In this document: one piece after another, positions 1-9,717 of the stretch
Layout: the number at the start of each line of letters is the position of its first letter
Position numbering within the stretch: position 1 is the stretch's first letter
DNA from: Candidatus Hermodarchaeota archaeon
GTDB taxonomy: Archaea > Asgardarchaeota > Heimdallarchaeia > Hodarchaeales > Hodarchaeaceae
NCBI GenBank assembly: GCA_048886185.1
Contig: JBHLKY010000008.1
Span: 60,001-92,000 of the forward strand
Direction of reading: 5' to 3'
DNA: 32,000 bases
Translations under genes and position numbers: made by a program
Notes under the pieces: model-generated
Databases searched by the model: none
Seen by the model: only the letters and a program-made list of their open reading frames with translations
Told to the model about the DNA's origin: nothing

Positions 1-145
1 AAACACGATATTCATCACCATTGATTGAGAGTAATTGTTCACCATAAACGGATTTACCAGGTACTCTGTTTCGTGTTACTAGTCGAGATTTTTCATCAGT
101 TATAGCTTGAAATAACCCTTCAATATATGTTTTTGTTAACTTCAT
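1..145 (-). CDS. flpA: Fibrillarin-like rRNA/tRNA 2'-O-methyltransferase, N-terminal 48 codons (runs off the window edge)
   Basis: Not in the ORF track. Manual translation from ATG at 145 gives MKLTKTYIEGLFQAITDEKSRLVTRNRVPGKSVYGEQLLSINGDEYRV, which matches the fibrillarin N-terminal 'T.N.VPG.SVYGE.L....EYR.W' motif. It lies directly downstream of nop5, the usual operon order. Confidence 0.88.
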   Translation of the reverse strand, partial: MKLTKTYIEGLFQAITDEKSRLVTRNRVPGKSVYGEQLLSINGDEYRV

Positions 146-167
146 TCTTCTTTCTCTCACGAATTGG

Positions 168-1442
168 TTATTTTCTTCCCTTATCTGTTATTCTTGGCCT
201 TCTACGCTTTTTCTGACCCGTGAAATCCTTTCCTCCTCTTTTGAATGTTGGTTTACGTTTTCTTTTCTTTTGAAGACGCTTTTGTTCTAACTGTTGTTCT
301 GATGGCTCTGGAAATGAGGATTTAATATCTTCAACTTTTTTTTCGAGTTCCTTTAAAAGAGTAGTTCCAATAAATTCGCCACTAAAGAAATCTACTCTAG
401 CTGCGATTGTTAATTTCGCAGCTAAAGCTCGCGCAATCTTCCCACGTTGATGTTTTTTAGATGAATGAATGTAAGAAGATTGAAAAATGACTCCATGCTT
501 AGGTGGATCCTCTCCTGATCGAAGGTGCCGAAATAATGCTTTCTCAGCCCCCAAAACCTGAATAGTCCCTGAAGAACTTTTAGCTAAGTTTTCAAGACTC
601 CCAGCAAGAGCTATTAACCGTGCACCAAGGAGACTTCCAACAATACACTGAATATTGGGAGCCACTTCTTTCATACTTTCCTCAATATATGTTTCTAAAT
701 CGTCTTTTATTTTGAGAATTTCGACCCCAAAACGTGCTAGTTGAGAGATGGGACTCATATCATAATTTGAAATCTCAGCTCCAAGTGATTGCTTTGCTGC
801 TTGTAGAATTAGTTCACGTCTATTCTCAGATAAGTGAGATAATAGATCATCATCTAAGCTGGATCTAATCGCTCCACCTGTTTTAGAAATCAGTTTAATA
901 TATTGAGGATTGTCTCTAACTAGCTCCTGTAATTCAGGAAAATGAATTCCATACCACTCGGATAATCGAGCGTATATCAAATTCAGGATGGAATTCACGT
1001 CATCAATACTCTTGATTGCCTGCGCGATGTAAACATCTCGTGCTTCGACTTTTTCCCTCAGGAGTAACCGTGTTCGTTCCATTGCCTTTTCTCGGAGAAG
1101 TTGAGACACTGTAGTAGAAGTCCCCGTCTCCTGATTATTGAGAATAAAATCAGTTATTAAAGCGCGAAGTGGTGATAACTCCCCTGCAACAGCGAATCTG
1201 GCGTTATCAAACCCTTTTTGACGTAAAAAATCTACTATGTGGGAATTATCAGAAATAATTTCTTCTTGGGTTTGATCAAGAAGTTCCACAATCTTATCTC
1301 CTTTTTGATCAAGAAAATTCTCCAAGTTTTCATTGGTTATGGTGGTTTCCTCATCAAACCTTATAGATTCAATAATCCTAGAAGATTCTTCAGTTTTTTC
1401 TCCAAGGAGAATTCCAGTTGCCACAAATAAAACACATTTCAA
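168..1442 (-). CDS. nop5: Nop5/Nop56-58 box C/D sRNP core protein
   Basis: Nop domain motifs: EWYGIHFPEL, APNI..IVGSLLGARLIALAGSLENLAK..SGTIQVLGAEKALFRHL, PPKHGVIFQ, RGKIARALAAK. K/R-rich C-terminal tail. TTG start. Confidence 0.97.
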   Translation of the reverse strand: MKCVLFVATGILLGEKTEESSRIIESIRFDEETTITNENLENFLDQKGDKIVELLDQTQEEIISDNSHIVDFLRQKGFDNARFAVAGELSPLRALITDFILNNQETGTSTTVSQLLREKAMERTRLLLREKVEARDVYIAQAIKSIDDVNSILNLIYARLSEWYGIHFPELQELVRDNPQYIKLISKTGGAIRSSLDDDLLSHLSENRRELILQAAKQSLGAEISNYDMSPISQLARFGVEILKIKDDLETYIEESMKEVAPNIQCIVGSLLGARLIALAGSLENLAKSSSGTIQVLGAEKALFRHLRSGEDPPKHGVIFQSSYIHSSKKHQRGKIARALAAKLTIAARVDFFSGEFIGTTLLKELEKKVEDIKSSFPEPSEQQLEQKRLQKKRKRKPTFKRGGKDFTGQKKRRRPRITDKGRK

Positions 1443-1727
1443 TTTAAAACACCTGATTCTAAGAATTAAGCAAGATGATCAAGACATATAACTGTTTCTT
1501 TTTTAACTGTTTAATGCTTTCTTGGTTTTATTAAGAATGGGAGCAAGAACAGGTACTTTCTCATATTATACCTATTGTCTCCTTTTGTAAATCTTAGCCA
1601 AAAAAATTCACTGTTTCTAAAGAAATAAAAAAAGTTAACAGTTCAGAGAAAGCATTTAAGAAATGGTAGAAATAGATTAAGAAATGAAGAAATTGGTTTG
1701 AAATAAAAATAGTGAGCGAAAACATCA

Positions 1728-1910
1728 ATGACCCGTCAAAAACCTATAAGTATTAAAATTCCAGATCAAATATTGATATTAATTGATAATTTTGTACGTC
1801 TCGAACAGTACGAATCTCGGTCTCATTTTTTACGAGTGGCTATTGAAGAACTTTTGAAACAGGAGCTTGGGACATGGGAAAAATTAGTCAACCAAATAAG
1901 CGATAAGTGA
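1728..1910 (+). CDS. Ribbon-helix-helix (CopG/Arc/MetJ-like) transcriptional regulator
   Basis: Beta-ribbon ISIKIP, helix DQILILIDNFV, then SRSHFLRVAIEELL, the typical RHH pattern; 60 aa. Confidence 0.8.
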   Translation: MTRQKPISIKIPDQILILIDNFVRLEQYESRSHFLRVAIEELLKQELGTWEKLVNQISDK

Positions 1911-1931
1911 GGAGAGAGGTAGTAATTTAAG

Positions 1932-2528
1932 ATGTTCTCCTTCACGCAAACTGAAAAAAGAGATTTGATAATTGGAACATCAATATTTGTTTTAGTTGTA
2001 TTGTCTACTGCAATTAATGATTTCAATACAATTTCAGAACTGCTAATTCTAAGCATACTTATCATCCCTCTTTGGTTTTTTCATGAATTGGCACACAAAT
2101 TTGTAGCTCAAGGTAATGGATTAACCTCGTTCTTTCGACTCGATCCAAATATGGCGATTTTTTCTTTATTCTCAGTAATTCTACCAATAAAAATCATCGC
2201 GCCAGGAGTTGTATATTCTTCTGGTGAACATCAATTGGACACAGCAGGTCGCATTTCAATAGCAGGACCACTGACAAACATGCTTATTGCAGGTGTTTTT
2301 TTACTTCTCTCATCTTTTATGCCACCCGATTGGACTATGGTTGTTTTTTTGTATGTAAGTTGGTTCTCTCTTAATGTGGCTTTGTTCAATATGTTACCAT
2401 TCTCGGTACTCGATGGTGCCAAGGTTCTCAGATGGAATCAGGAAGTTTTTGCTTTTATATTTTCCTTAGTCATAATTTTATGGTTATTTCACCCATTAGG
2501 AATTTTAGGATGGATAATTATTGTATAA
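1932..2528 (+). CDS. Site-2 (M50 family) intramembrane zinc metalloprotease
   Basis: HExxH (FFHELAH), ISIAGPLTN and NMLPFSVLDG (NxxPxxxLDG) motifs; several hydrophobic helices. Confidence 0.92.
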   Translation: MFSFTQTEKRDLIIGTSIFVLVVLSTAINDFNTISELLILSILIIPLWFFHELAHKFVAQGNGLTSFFRLDPNMAIFSLFSVILPIKIIAPGVVYSSGEHQLDTAGRISIAGPLTNMLIAGVFLLLSSFMPPDWTMVVFLYVSWFSLNVALFNMLPFSVLDGAKVLRWNQEVFAFIFSLVIILWLFHPLGILGWIIIV

Positions 2529-2937
2529 GCTTACATATCAAGAGCAAATAGCTCTGATAATCGGTATAATTTCGGTGATACTAATTGTTTTAGAGGTATT
2601 ATTTTTTTCATCTAATTTGATGACTCACACATTCTTCCTAGGTGGAACAACGACTATTATTTCTTTAATAATCATTTTTATCTTTATCATTCAACCAATG
2701 AAAGGGAAAATTAGGACTTCTCCTTATAATCAATATTATGTTTCAGGATCACCATCTTTCCGTCCAACTATAATCCCTCCACCCACAAAAATTAAAAAAA
2801 CTACGATGAGAGGGGCATGTGAACATTGCGGAAAGAAAGAACTTATGGGGTTCACATGTAGTTACTGTGATGGCTATTTTTGCACTGAACACCGATTACC
2901 GGAGAAACATGCGTGTATTGGTATTAAAAGGTACTAA
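2521..2937 (+). CDS. Membrane-anchored AN1-type zinc-finger protein
   Basis: Two N-terminal hydrophobic helices, a Pro/basic linker, and C-terminal CEHC-x9-CSYC-x4-C-x2-H-x5-H-x-C (AN1 pattern). TTG start overlaps the end of the protease gene. Confidence 0.85.
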   Translation: MYKLTYQEQIALIIGIISVILIVLEVLFFSSNLMTHTFFLGGTTTIISLIIIFIFIIQPMKGKIRTSPYNQYYVSGSPSFRPTIIPPPTKIKKTTMRGACEHCGKKELMGFTCSYCDGYFCTEHRLPEKHACIGIKRY

Positions 2938-2940
2938 TTT

Positions 2941-4416
2941 TCAATCAGCAAAAGCATGTAAGAGTTCAGATGACACCAAATTCAGTAAACTAAGTAGAAG
3001 GAAAACATAAAATACCACCTGTGACAAAAACATACCCCCCAATTCTAATCCTCTAAACAAACCCAAACCAATGATTATTATATATACCAATTCGGCCAAA
3101 AAAACCTTATCTAAAGGAATTCTTTCCCTTATATTAATGGAGCTTCTTTTTTGATCATCTAGCAAATTAAATTTAGGTGTTCTCTCAAATTCTCCTCCTT
3201 TCCTGATCAATCCATGTATAGTACCTAGTCCCATTCTAACTACTAATCCAGCTCCCCAAAAAAGAAATAACGGGATTAGTAAAATGTCTCTAATTGGTCT
3301 TTTAGCTCGGATTACTGAGATTGCATATGCCAATATTCCTAATATAGCAACAATAGAATAGAAGATACCAAATATAGCAAATGAATTTCCATTAAATTCA
3401 GGAAAGAAAAGTAAAATTGAACTTGTTGTCGTATTGATTAAAATTAATAGAGGTACCAAATATTGAGTTAAGTGAATAGTCCCCTGAATCCGTGATTTTC
3501 CTCTAGAATATCGCCAAAAACTAACGAAATTTTTCCTTATGTTTTGAGAAAATCCTTTTGACCATCTACTTTGTTGTATGATCCAACAGCGGATTGTTGG
3601 AGGAATTTCTTGAGAGTTGGTAACACCACTTAAATAAATAATTTCATAATTATTAATCTGGGCACGGTAAGCTAAATCTAAATCTTCAGCTAGCGTTATT
3701 GAAGACCATCCCCCGGACTCCTCTATTGCTGAACGTCTCCATATTCCACCTGTTCCATTAAAAGTGATGAAGGCATTCCTTCTCTTTCGGCCAGGTTTTT
3801 CGACAAGAAAATGACAATCGAGTCCAATTGCCATAGCTCGGGTAAAAACAGAGAAACGAAGATTAGAATGATCCCAGCGGGTTTGAATTGCACCAATACG
3901 ATGATTATTCTTGAAATAATGAACACATTGTTTAATAAAAAGAGGGTTAACCTGAAAATCGGCGTCAAGAATTGCCACAAAATCAGAAACTCCGTGATTT
4001 AATCCATTCGCTAGTGCCCCTGCTTTATAACCTACTCTACTACTCCGACGAATCACCTTGATATTGAATCCCTGTTTCCGGAGAGATGAAATATTTGAAT
4101 CAATAAGTGACGATGTTTGGTCAGTGGAATCATCAAGAATTTGGATGTGTAGTTTATCACGAGGGTATAGAAGATTAGTAAGATTAGAGAGAGTACGTTG
4201 AATAACCCGAGATTCATTAAAAACAGGCAGCTGAATTGATACATTTGGTAACTCAGATTCTTTGTAATATTCGTTTATTTGAGGATCTTTCCACTTCCGT
4301 GAAGAAATCGCAAGAAGAAACATATTAGCTGGATATGGAAGAAGTAGAATTCCTGAAATGATATTAATGACAAGGAGGAAGATAAATAGATAGTCCAAAT
4401 CGCATCTAACCTTCAA
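2941..4416 (-). CDS. Processive membrane-integrated GT2 beta-glycan synthase (cellulose-synthase-like, CslA/CslC-type)
   Basis: IQLPVFNE, LDDSTD, GYKAGAL, DADF, FNGTGGIWR, AED, QQSRW (D,D,D,QxxRW signature) and FERTPKF motifs. One N-terminal and about 4-5 C-terminal TM helices. Confidence 0.92.
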   Translation of the reverse strand: MKVRCDLDYLFIFLLVINIISGILLLPYPANMFLLAISSRKWKDPQINEYYKESELPNVSIQLPVFNESRVIQRTLSNLTNLLYPRDKLHIQILDDSTDQTSSLIDSNISSLRKQGFNIKVIRRSSRVGYKAGALANGLNHGVSDFVAILDADFQVNPLFIKQCVHYFKNNHRIGAIQTRWDHSNLRFSVFTRAMAIGLDCHFLVEKPGRKRRNAFITFNGTGGIWRRSAIEESGGWSSITLAEDLDLAYRAQINNYEIIYLSGVTNSQEIPPTIRCWIIQQSRWSKGFSQNIRKNFVSFWRYSRGKSRIQGTIHLTQYLVPLLILINTTTSSILLFFPEFNGNSFAIFGIFYSIVAILGILAYAISVIRAKRPIRDILLIPLFLFWGAGLVVRMGLGTIHGLIRKGGEFERTPKFNLLDDQKRSSINIRERIPLDKVFLAELVYIIIIGLGLFRGLELGGMFLSQVVFYVFLLLSLLNLVSSELLHAFAD

Positions 4417-4535
4417 TGTTGGTGTAAATTTTAAGGACTTTGAATATCTATTGGTGGCAAGATTTTTCAGAAAGAATTGATTATTGATTATTCAGCATCT
4501 ACAAACCTTTGTTATATGCGATCCGGTGATTAAAG

Positions 4536-6074
4536 GTGAATTCGGCGAGTATTTCGACGCTTCAAATGAGTATCATCGATGTTAACTCGGAATATTTTGG
4601 AGTAGATCGACTTCTTTTAATGGAAAATGCGGGAAGAGGGTTAGCTGAGCTGGCTTGGGAGGTATATAATTCATCAAAAAGAACAAATATTGTAATTTTT
4701 GCAGGAAAAGGGGGAAATGGTGGAGATGGAATGGTGGCAGCCCGTCATTTATCACAAAAACTCCCTATTATTCTTTATTTAGTGGGGTCACCCAAAGATA
4801 TTTCAAAACGGTCCACGCTCCGAAATTGGAATGTTTTACTCAATATGACCGATACGGTAAGGCTTGAGAAAATTAATCAAATAAAAGACTTGGACTCATT
4901 AGAGATCAATCCTTCAACATTGATTGTCGACGCATTGCTTGGGACGGGGATTAAGGGGGAGATTCATGAACCTCTCATGAGTCTCTTAAATCATATAAAT
5001 GAAGCCCAAAAAAAAGGGGCTGTTGTAATTAGTGCTGACACCCCCACAGGGATTGATCCAAATACAGGACAAAAAGCAAATGTCTTTTTAACCCCACAAT
5101 GGACAGGGGTATTTCACAAACAAAAGCAAGGTTTAAACCCCAAAAATGCTGGAAAAATTCGAGTGTTACCCATTGGGATAGCAGCTGAAGCCGAAAAAAT
5201 CATTGGACCAGGTGATTTATTGGCTCTAAAAAAGCGTTCTTCCTGGTCAAAAAAAGGTGATAATGGAAGAGTTTTAGTCATTGGGGGAAGTGAAACTTAT
5301 TCTGGAGCCCCTGCGCTTGCTGCTATGGGGGCAGTTCAGTCAGGAGTGGATCTAGTTTCAATATTGGCCCCTCGAAAGATCAGCACCGCAATTCGCTCTT
5401 ATTCGCCAGAGTTCATTGTTTATGATTACGCTTCTCCTCATTTAACTAAAGAATTTCTTCCAGAAGAGTTAATTAAGCAAAATGATGTGATTATCCTAGG
5501 ACCTGGACTAGGTACAAATTCTAAGACCCGAGAAGCAGTCTCCAAAGTACTAGCTGCAACCAAACAATTCGAAAAAACAATTATTATAGACGCTGATGCA
5601 CTTAAACTTCTTAACTTGTCAGAAGTCTCTTCAGAAACCATTCTAACACCTCATGCTGGAGAGTTTGCAAGGCTTACAGATATATCCCTTCCGGGGAATT
5701 CTCGAGAGTTTCAAAAACGTTGTAAATTAGTTCGAGAGGTTTCATTAAAATTTCCAAACATTTGGGTAATCAAGGGGCATTGGGATATTGTAACAGATAA
5801 TTCTGGGACATTGAAAATTAACAAAACTGGGACACCTAAGATGACACGAGGGGGGACTGGGGATGTATTGGCTGGTTTAATTGCAGGATTTGTACCTCAG
5901 ACGAAGAAGTCATATCATGCTGCTTGTATAGGAACGTACATTAATGGTCGAGCAGGAGAGCTAGCAGAAAAGGATTTTAATCTCTCAAATCTACTCCATC
6001 AAATTCCTAAAGCAATACAAGAAAGTCTGGACTTCATTCAAAGTGATAGTATACCTAGAATTGCACCCCAGTAA
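4536..6074 (+). CDS. nnr: Bifunctional NAD(P)H-hydrate epimerase/dehydratase (NnrE-NnrD fusion)
   Basis: LMENAG, GKGGNGGDG, DALLGTG and DTPTG in the epimerase half; HKGxxG-like KKGDNGRVLVIGGS, GPGLG, DADAL, LTPHAGEF and GGTGDVLAG in the dehydratase half. Confidence 0.95.
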   Translation: MNSASISTLQMSIIDVNSEYFGVDRLLLMENAGRGLAELAWEVYNSSKRTNIVIFAGKGGNGGDGMVAARHLSQKLPIILYLVGSPKDISKRSTLRNWNVLLNMTDTVRLEKINQIKDLDSLEINPSTLIVDALLGTGIKGEIHEPLMSLLNHINEAQKKGAVVISADTPTGIDPNTGQKANVFLTPQWTGVFHKQKQGLNPKNAGKIRVLPIGIAAEAEKIIGPGDLLALKKRSSWSKKGDNGRVLVIGGSETYSGAPALAAMGAVQSGVDLVSILAPRKISTAIRSYSPEFIVYDYASPHLTKEFLPEELIKQNDVIILGPGLGTNSKTREAVSKVLAATKQFEKTIIIDADALKLLNLSEVSSETILTPHAGEFARLTDISLPGNSREFQKRCKLVREVSLKFPNIWVIKGHWDIVTDNSGTLKINKTGTPKMTRGGTGDVLAGLIAGFVPQTKKSYHAACIGTYINGRAGELAEKDFNLSNLLHQIPKAIQESLDFIQSDSIPRIAPQ

Positions 6075-6648
6075 CTTCAAACGCATCGATCTCTTCAAGA
6101 ATCCCATAAATTTTGTGGATTGATTGGTAGACATATTCCTCTTTTTTCGCCCCAGTACACACAAGCTTCCCCGACTGAAAGAGAAGAAGAACAACCTTCG
6201 GGTCCTGCATACGATAGATAAGGCCAGGGAATTGTTCAGGTTCATACATAGAATGTTCTAATAATAAGGCAGCGAGTTCTAAGTTGATCCGTTTTCCTAA
6301 GGTGCCTGAGGCAACAATGTTTTGAACAGTAATTGTGGCTTCATGCTTAACATTATGGCCAGCTTGCCTGAGCAATTCGGAAATAACTTCCACTGCTTCT
6401 TCAATCATGGGAACGGATTTTGCTCCAGTAACTACTAATTTTCCAGAAGAAAAAACTAGGATAGAAACTTTAGGCTTCTTGATCTTGACCACAACCCCTG
6501 GAAATTGTTCTGGAATATATGAAACCTGCACATCTCCCGGCAGACGGCTGGCAGCTTTCTCTAACTTAATTTTGCATCTTAGGTCAACCGAGGCGACAAC
6601 ATTTTGAACCTCTGCAAACAAATCATCTCTATCTGAATCGTTAGACAC
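6055..6648 (-). CDS. tbp: TATA-box binding protein
   Basis: Two TBP repeats (VQNVVAS...YIPEQFPGVV...LVFSSGKLVVTGAK; VQNIVASG...YEPEQFPGLIYR...FQSGKLVCTGAK). Start moved from the track's 6693 to GTG at 6648, which follows a GGTGAGG Shine-Dalgarno-like motif. Confidence 0.97.
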   Translation of the reverse strand: MSNDSDRDDLFAEVQNVVASVDLRCKIKLEKAASRLPGDVQVSYIPEQFPGVVVKIKKPKVSILVFSSGKLVVTGAKSVPMIEEAVEVISELLRQAGHNVKHEATITVQNIVASGTLGKRINLELAALLLEHSMYEPEQFPGLIYRMQDPKVVLLLFQSGKLVCTGAKKEEYVYQSIHKIYGILEEIDAFEVTGVQF

Positions 6649-6734
6649 GAACCTCACCAAAATGAATTCATTATAAAAATACAATTTCCACATAATATTA
6701 GGAACAGGGATTACTTCGACAAAAGGAAGTGAAG

Positions 6735-6742
6735 TTTATAAA
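6735..6742. promoter_or_regulatory. Palindromic TATA box TTTATAAA in the tbp/tfb divergent intergenic region (probably the tbp promoter)
   Basis: Perfect archaeal TATA consensus about 87 nt upstream of the tbp start. A second TATA-like TTTAAAAG lies at 6965-6972, about 37 nt before tfb. Confidence 0.4.
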
Positions 6743-7008
6743 CTATTTAAAGGCTGCATGATATTTTTTCACAAAATTTAGCTGTTATCACTATAATTTA
6801 ATTATTAAGATGCTTCGATATTCACTATTTCGAATGAATCAACCCTTAAAAGATAGATGTGGTAATTAGATGTATGGAAAGAAGAAACTTGCCATTGAAA
6901 TCATTGCTTAACAGTTAAGAAAGGAGTCATCTCCTGCCCCAAAAAATTTTCAGTGCAATAGACATTTAAAAGCTTTTACATAGTCAAAAAACAAACTCTT
7001 GGAAATAA

Positions 7009-7983
7009 GTGTTCAAGCTCTCGGAGGGCCCTTTTTTGCCATCTATTTCACCCCAAGAACCCAAATGTCCTGAATGCGGTAGTAAAGATATTGTGATGGA
7101 CTTTACTAAAGGGACATCTATTTGTTCTTCTTGTGGATTGGTATTGGATATGCAAATTGATATGGGACCTGAATGGAGAGCCTATGATTCTAGTGAGCTC
7201 GCAGAACGTTCCCGTACAGGAAGCCCCATTACCCCCCTCAAAGCAGAAATGGGTTTGCGGACTCAGATAGGCAATATCAGGAAAGATATTTCAGGTAAAA
7301 CGCTCCCTTTTTCCTCGCAAACAAAATACCGCCGTTTATCACGAATTGACAACCGTACACGTAAATCAGAAATTCGTAACCTCAGATTTGCTTTAAAAGA
7401 ACTGAAACGAATTAAAAGTCAGCTAGAACTCCCTGAAGATGTTGCAGAAATGGGAGCAATGATTTATCGTAAGGCATTGAAAAAAAACCTAATTCGGGGT
7501 CGCTCGATTGATGGTATGATCTCAGCCAGTCTCTATTTGGCATGTCGCAGAAAAAAGTTACCACAAACGTTAAAGGACATCGCTTCGGTTTCTAATATTT
7601 CATCGAAAGAACTTGGCCGCTGTATTCGGATTATTCTTCAAAAGCTTGACCTGAAGGTTTTTCCAAGCGACTATTCTGCATTAGTTCATCGGCTAGGTAT
7701 CAATCTTCGTGTTACAATGAAAGCACGAAGACAAGCAGTAACAATTCTTAATATAGCACGGGATCAGGGAGCTACCGTGGGAAAGAATCCTATGAGTCTT
7801 GCTGCTGCAGCCCTTTATATTTCCACAATCCAGACTGGTGAGAGGCGGACTCAACAGGAAATTGCTAATATAGCTAAAATTACCCCTGTTACAATAAGAA
7901 ACCGATTTAAGGAACTGGTGAAAATTCTGGATGCAGAGTCCAAGAAGACGGGGAATGATTCTCTTCGAACATTGCTTATTTAA
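7009..7983 (+). CDS. tfb: Transcription initiation factor IIB (TFB)
   Basis: Zn ribbon CPECG...CSSCG, B-reader IDMGPEWRAY, cyclin repeats (IYRKA...LIRGRSID; GKNPMSLAAAALY) and C-terminal HTH TQQEIA...TIRNRFKEL. Confidence 0.97.
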   Translation: MFKLSEGPFLPSISPQEPKCPECGSKDIVMDFTKGTSICSSCGLVLDMQIDMGPEWRAYDSSELAERSRTGSPITPLKAEMGLRTQIGNIRKDISGKTLPFSSQTKYRRLSRIDNRTRKSEIRNLRFALKELKRIKSQLELPEDVAEMGAMIYRKALKKNLIRGRSIDGMISASLYLACRRKKLPQTLKDIASVSNISSKELGRCIRIILQKLDLKVFPSDYSALVHRLGINLRVTMKARRQAVTILNIARDQGATVGKNPMSLAAAALYISTIQTGERRTQQEIANIAKITPVTIRNRFKELVKILDAESKKTGNDSLRTLLI

Positions 7984-7993
7984 GACATTTTGA

Positions 7994-8713
7994 TCAAATT
8001 ACTTCTTGCACAGAAGAAATCAACCCATCTTTGATATGAAAAATTCGTTCTGATTGATTAGCAATATTTCCATCATGAGTAACCAAAATTAGTGTTTGAT
8101 TTTCATTTTTATTGACTTCCTTTAATAATCTGATTATCGATAACCCTGTTTCTGTATCTAAATCTCCTGTAGGCTCATCTGCTAACAAAATTAAAGGATG
8201 ATTTGCTAATGCACGAGCTATGGCTACTCTTTGACGCTCCCCACCGCTCAATTCATCGGGTTTGTGATTCTTCCTTTCAAGTAAATCAACTTTCCCTAAT
8301 AATTCTAATGCTCTTTCATTTCTTTCAGCTTTCGATTTCCCTGCTATCAGCATTGGAAGTTCGACGTTCTCTAGTGCAGTTAAAACAGGTAGTAAATTGT
8401 AGAACTGGAAAATAAAACCCACGCTCTTTCGACGAATTTCAGTAAGTTCACGTTCGGAAGCACTTGAGATCTCTTTCCCTTCAAGAAGCACTTTTCCTGA
8501 GGTAGGACTATCTAAAGAACCAATAATATTTAGTAAGGTTGTTTTACCACACCCAGAAGGGCCTTGGATAGCAACCATCTCCCCTCGTTTTATTTTCATA
8601 TTTATCCCCCTTAATGCTTCGACCTTCACTTCTCCAAGAATATATGATTTTTTTAGATCAACGCATTCTACGATAACTTCACTACCATTAGGGGTCTTTA
8701 CCTCTTCTACCAC
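7994..8713 (-). CDS. ABC transporter ATP-binding protein, LolD/MacB-like
   Basis: Walker A GPSGCGKT, Q-loop IFQFYNLL, signature LSGGERQ, Walker B LLADEPTGDLD, H-loop LVTHD. Confidence 0.93.
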   Translation of the reverse strand: MVEEVKTPNGSEVIVECVDLKKSYILGEVKVEALRGINMKIKRGEMVAIQGPSGCGKTTLLNIIGSLDSPTSGKVLLEGKEISSASERELTEIRRKSVGFIFQFYNLLPVLTALENVELPMLIAGKSKAERNERALELLGKVDLLERKNHKPDELSGGERQRVAIARALANHPLILLADEPTGDLDTETGLSIIRLLKEVNKNENQTLILVTHDGNIANQSERIFHIKDGLISSVQEVI

Positions 8714-8956
8714 TATTGATTCCTCTTTAAATGTTTTTTAATTCATTAATTAAGAAAATTATGTTTCTGATCTGCATTTGTCCCTTATCGTGGAAATAGT
8801 TTCTTGTGTCACTCTTGTATTCTTTCTTATATTGCTCTTTGAATGATAAAGATGCTCGATATTCAGTTTATACGTCATTGTATATAAGTTCTCTTTTGGT
8901 TTTGTGGAAGTGAATCTTAGATTATACTTAATATACAAAATTGATTTTTCTTTCTA

Positions 8957-9391
8957 TTGATGCACAATCGCAATATGATAAGTAAGTTTTTGGATAATCC
9001 AATTTCAATTCTAATATTGAAATTATTGACAAAAAAGCAGTTAACGATACCTCAAATTACTAAATCTTTACATAAAATGGATACTGATATACCAACAGTA
9101 ATTGCAGTTTTAGGTGAGTGTTATCATTTTGGATTGGTAGAAAGGGTGAAAATCCAAGGTATAGAATCACCCGTTCAGAATCATTTCTCTCCAGAGATGG
9201 TCACAACACCTTTAGGAATACCATTACATGAATATGTTTCTCTTTGGGAAGAAGTTCTCCAGCATCCTGATCAACTGAATTCCAAGCAAATGCACGATTG
9301 GATCTTTTCAGTTCCTAGTTATCTTCGTAACGAATTAGAAAATCTAACAGAAGAGGAAATTCGTGTTATACTGTTGAAAAGAGCTTTTTAG
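8957..9391 (+). CDS. Putative winged-helix (ArsR-like) DNA-binding protein
   Basis: N-terminal pattern FLDNPISILILKLL..KQLTIPQI...V.AVLGECYHFGLVE resembles wHTH regulators; the C-terminal part is not recognised. Confidence 0.55.
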   Translation: MMHNRNMISKFLDNPISILILKLLTKKQLTIPQITKSLHKMDTDIPTVIAVLGECYHFGLVERVKIQGIESPVQNHFSPEMVTTPLGIPLHEYVSLWEEVLQHPDQLNSKQMHDWIFSVPSYLRNELENLTEEEIRVILLKRAF

Positions 9392-9717
9392 TTTATCCTT
9401 ATTATTTACTTGTTTCATTATTAATACTAGTAGTTATCTCAACTAGAATCATTCCTGTATTAGGAAAAAATGCTCTTTTTTCCTTCATTTTTGGCATGAA
9501 TGTCATAGAAAACTTGAGATAATCATATTAAATATGAGTAAATCATAAACTTCCTGATTTCTTAGCATTATAATTCCGAAGGTGATTATTTCCGGCGAGA
9601 AATTACTAAAAAATACCAAAAAGTTTTTCAAGACGATTCAAAAGAGCTTCTACTCGGATTCTACATATTATCTTTTCTTTATTGGGCGATATTCTGTTCA
9701 CAAAGGGAAATGGTTAA

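Noticed and set aside
168-280. NLS-like K/R-rich tail of Nop5
   Set aside because: Basic C-terminal tails are common in archaeal Nop5 proteins, so this is not distinctive.
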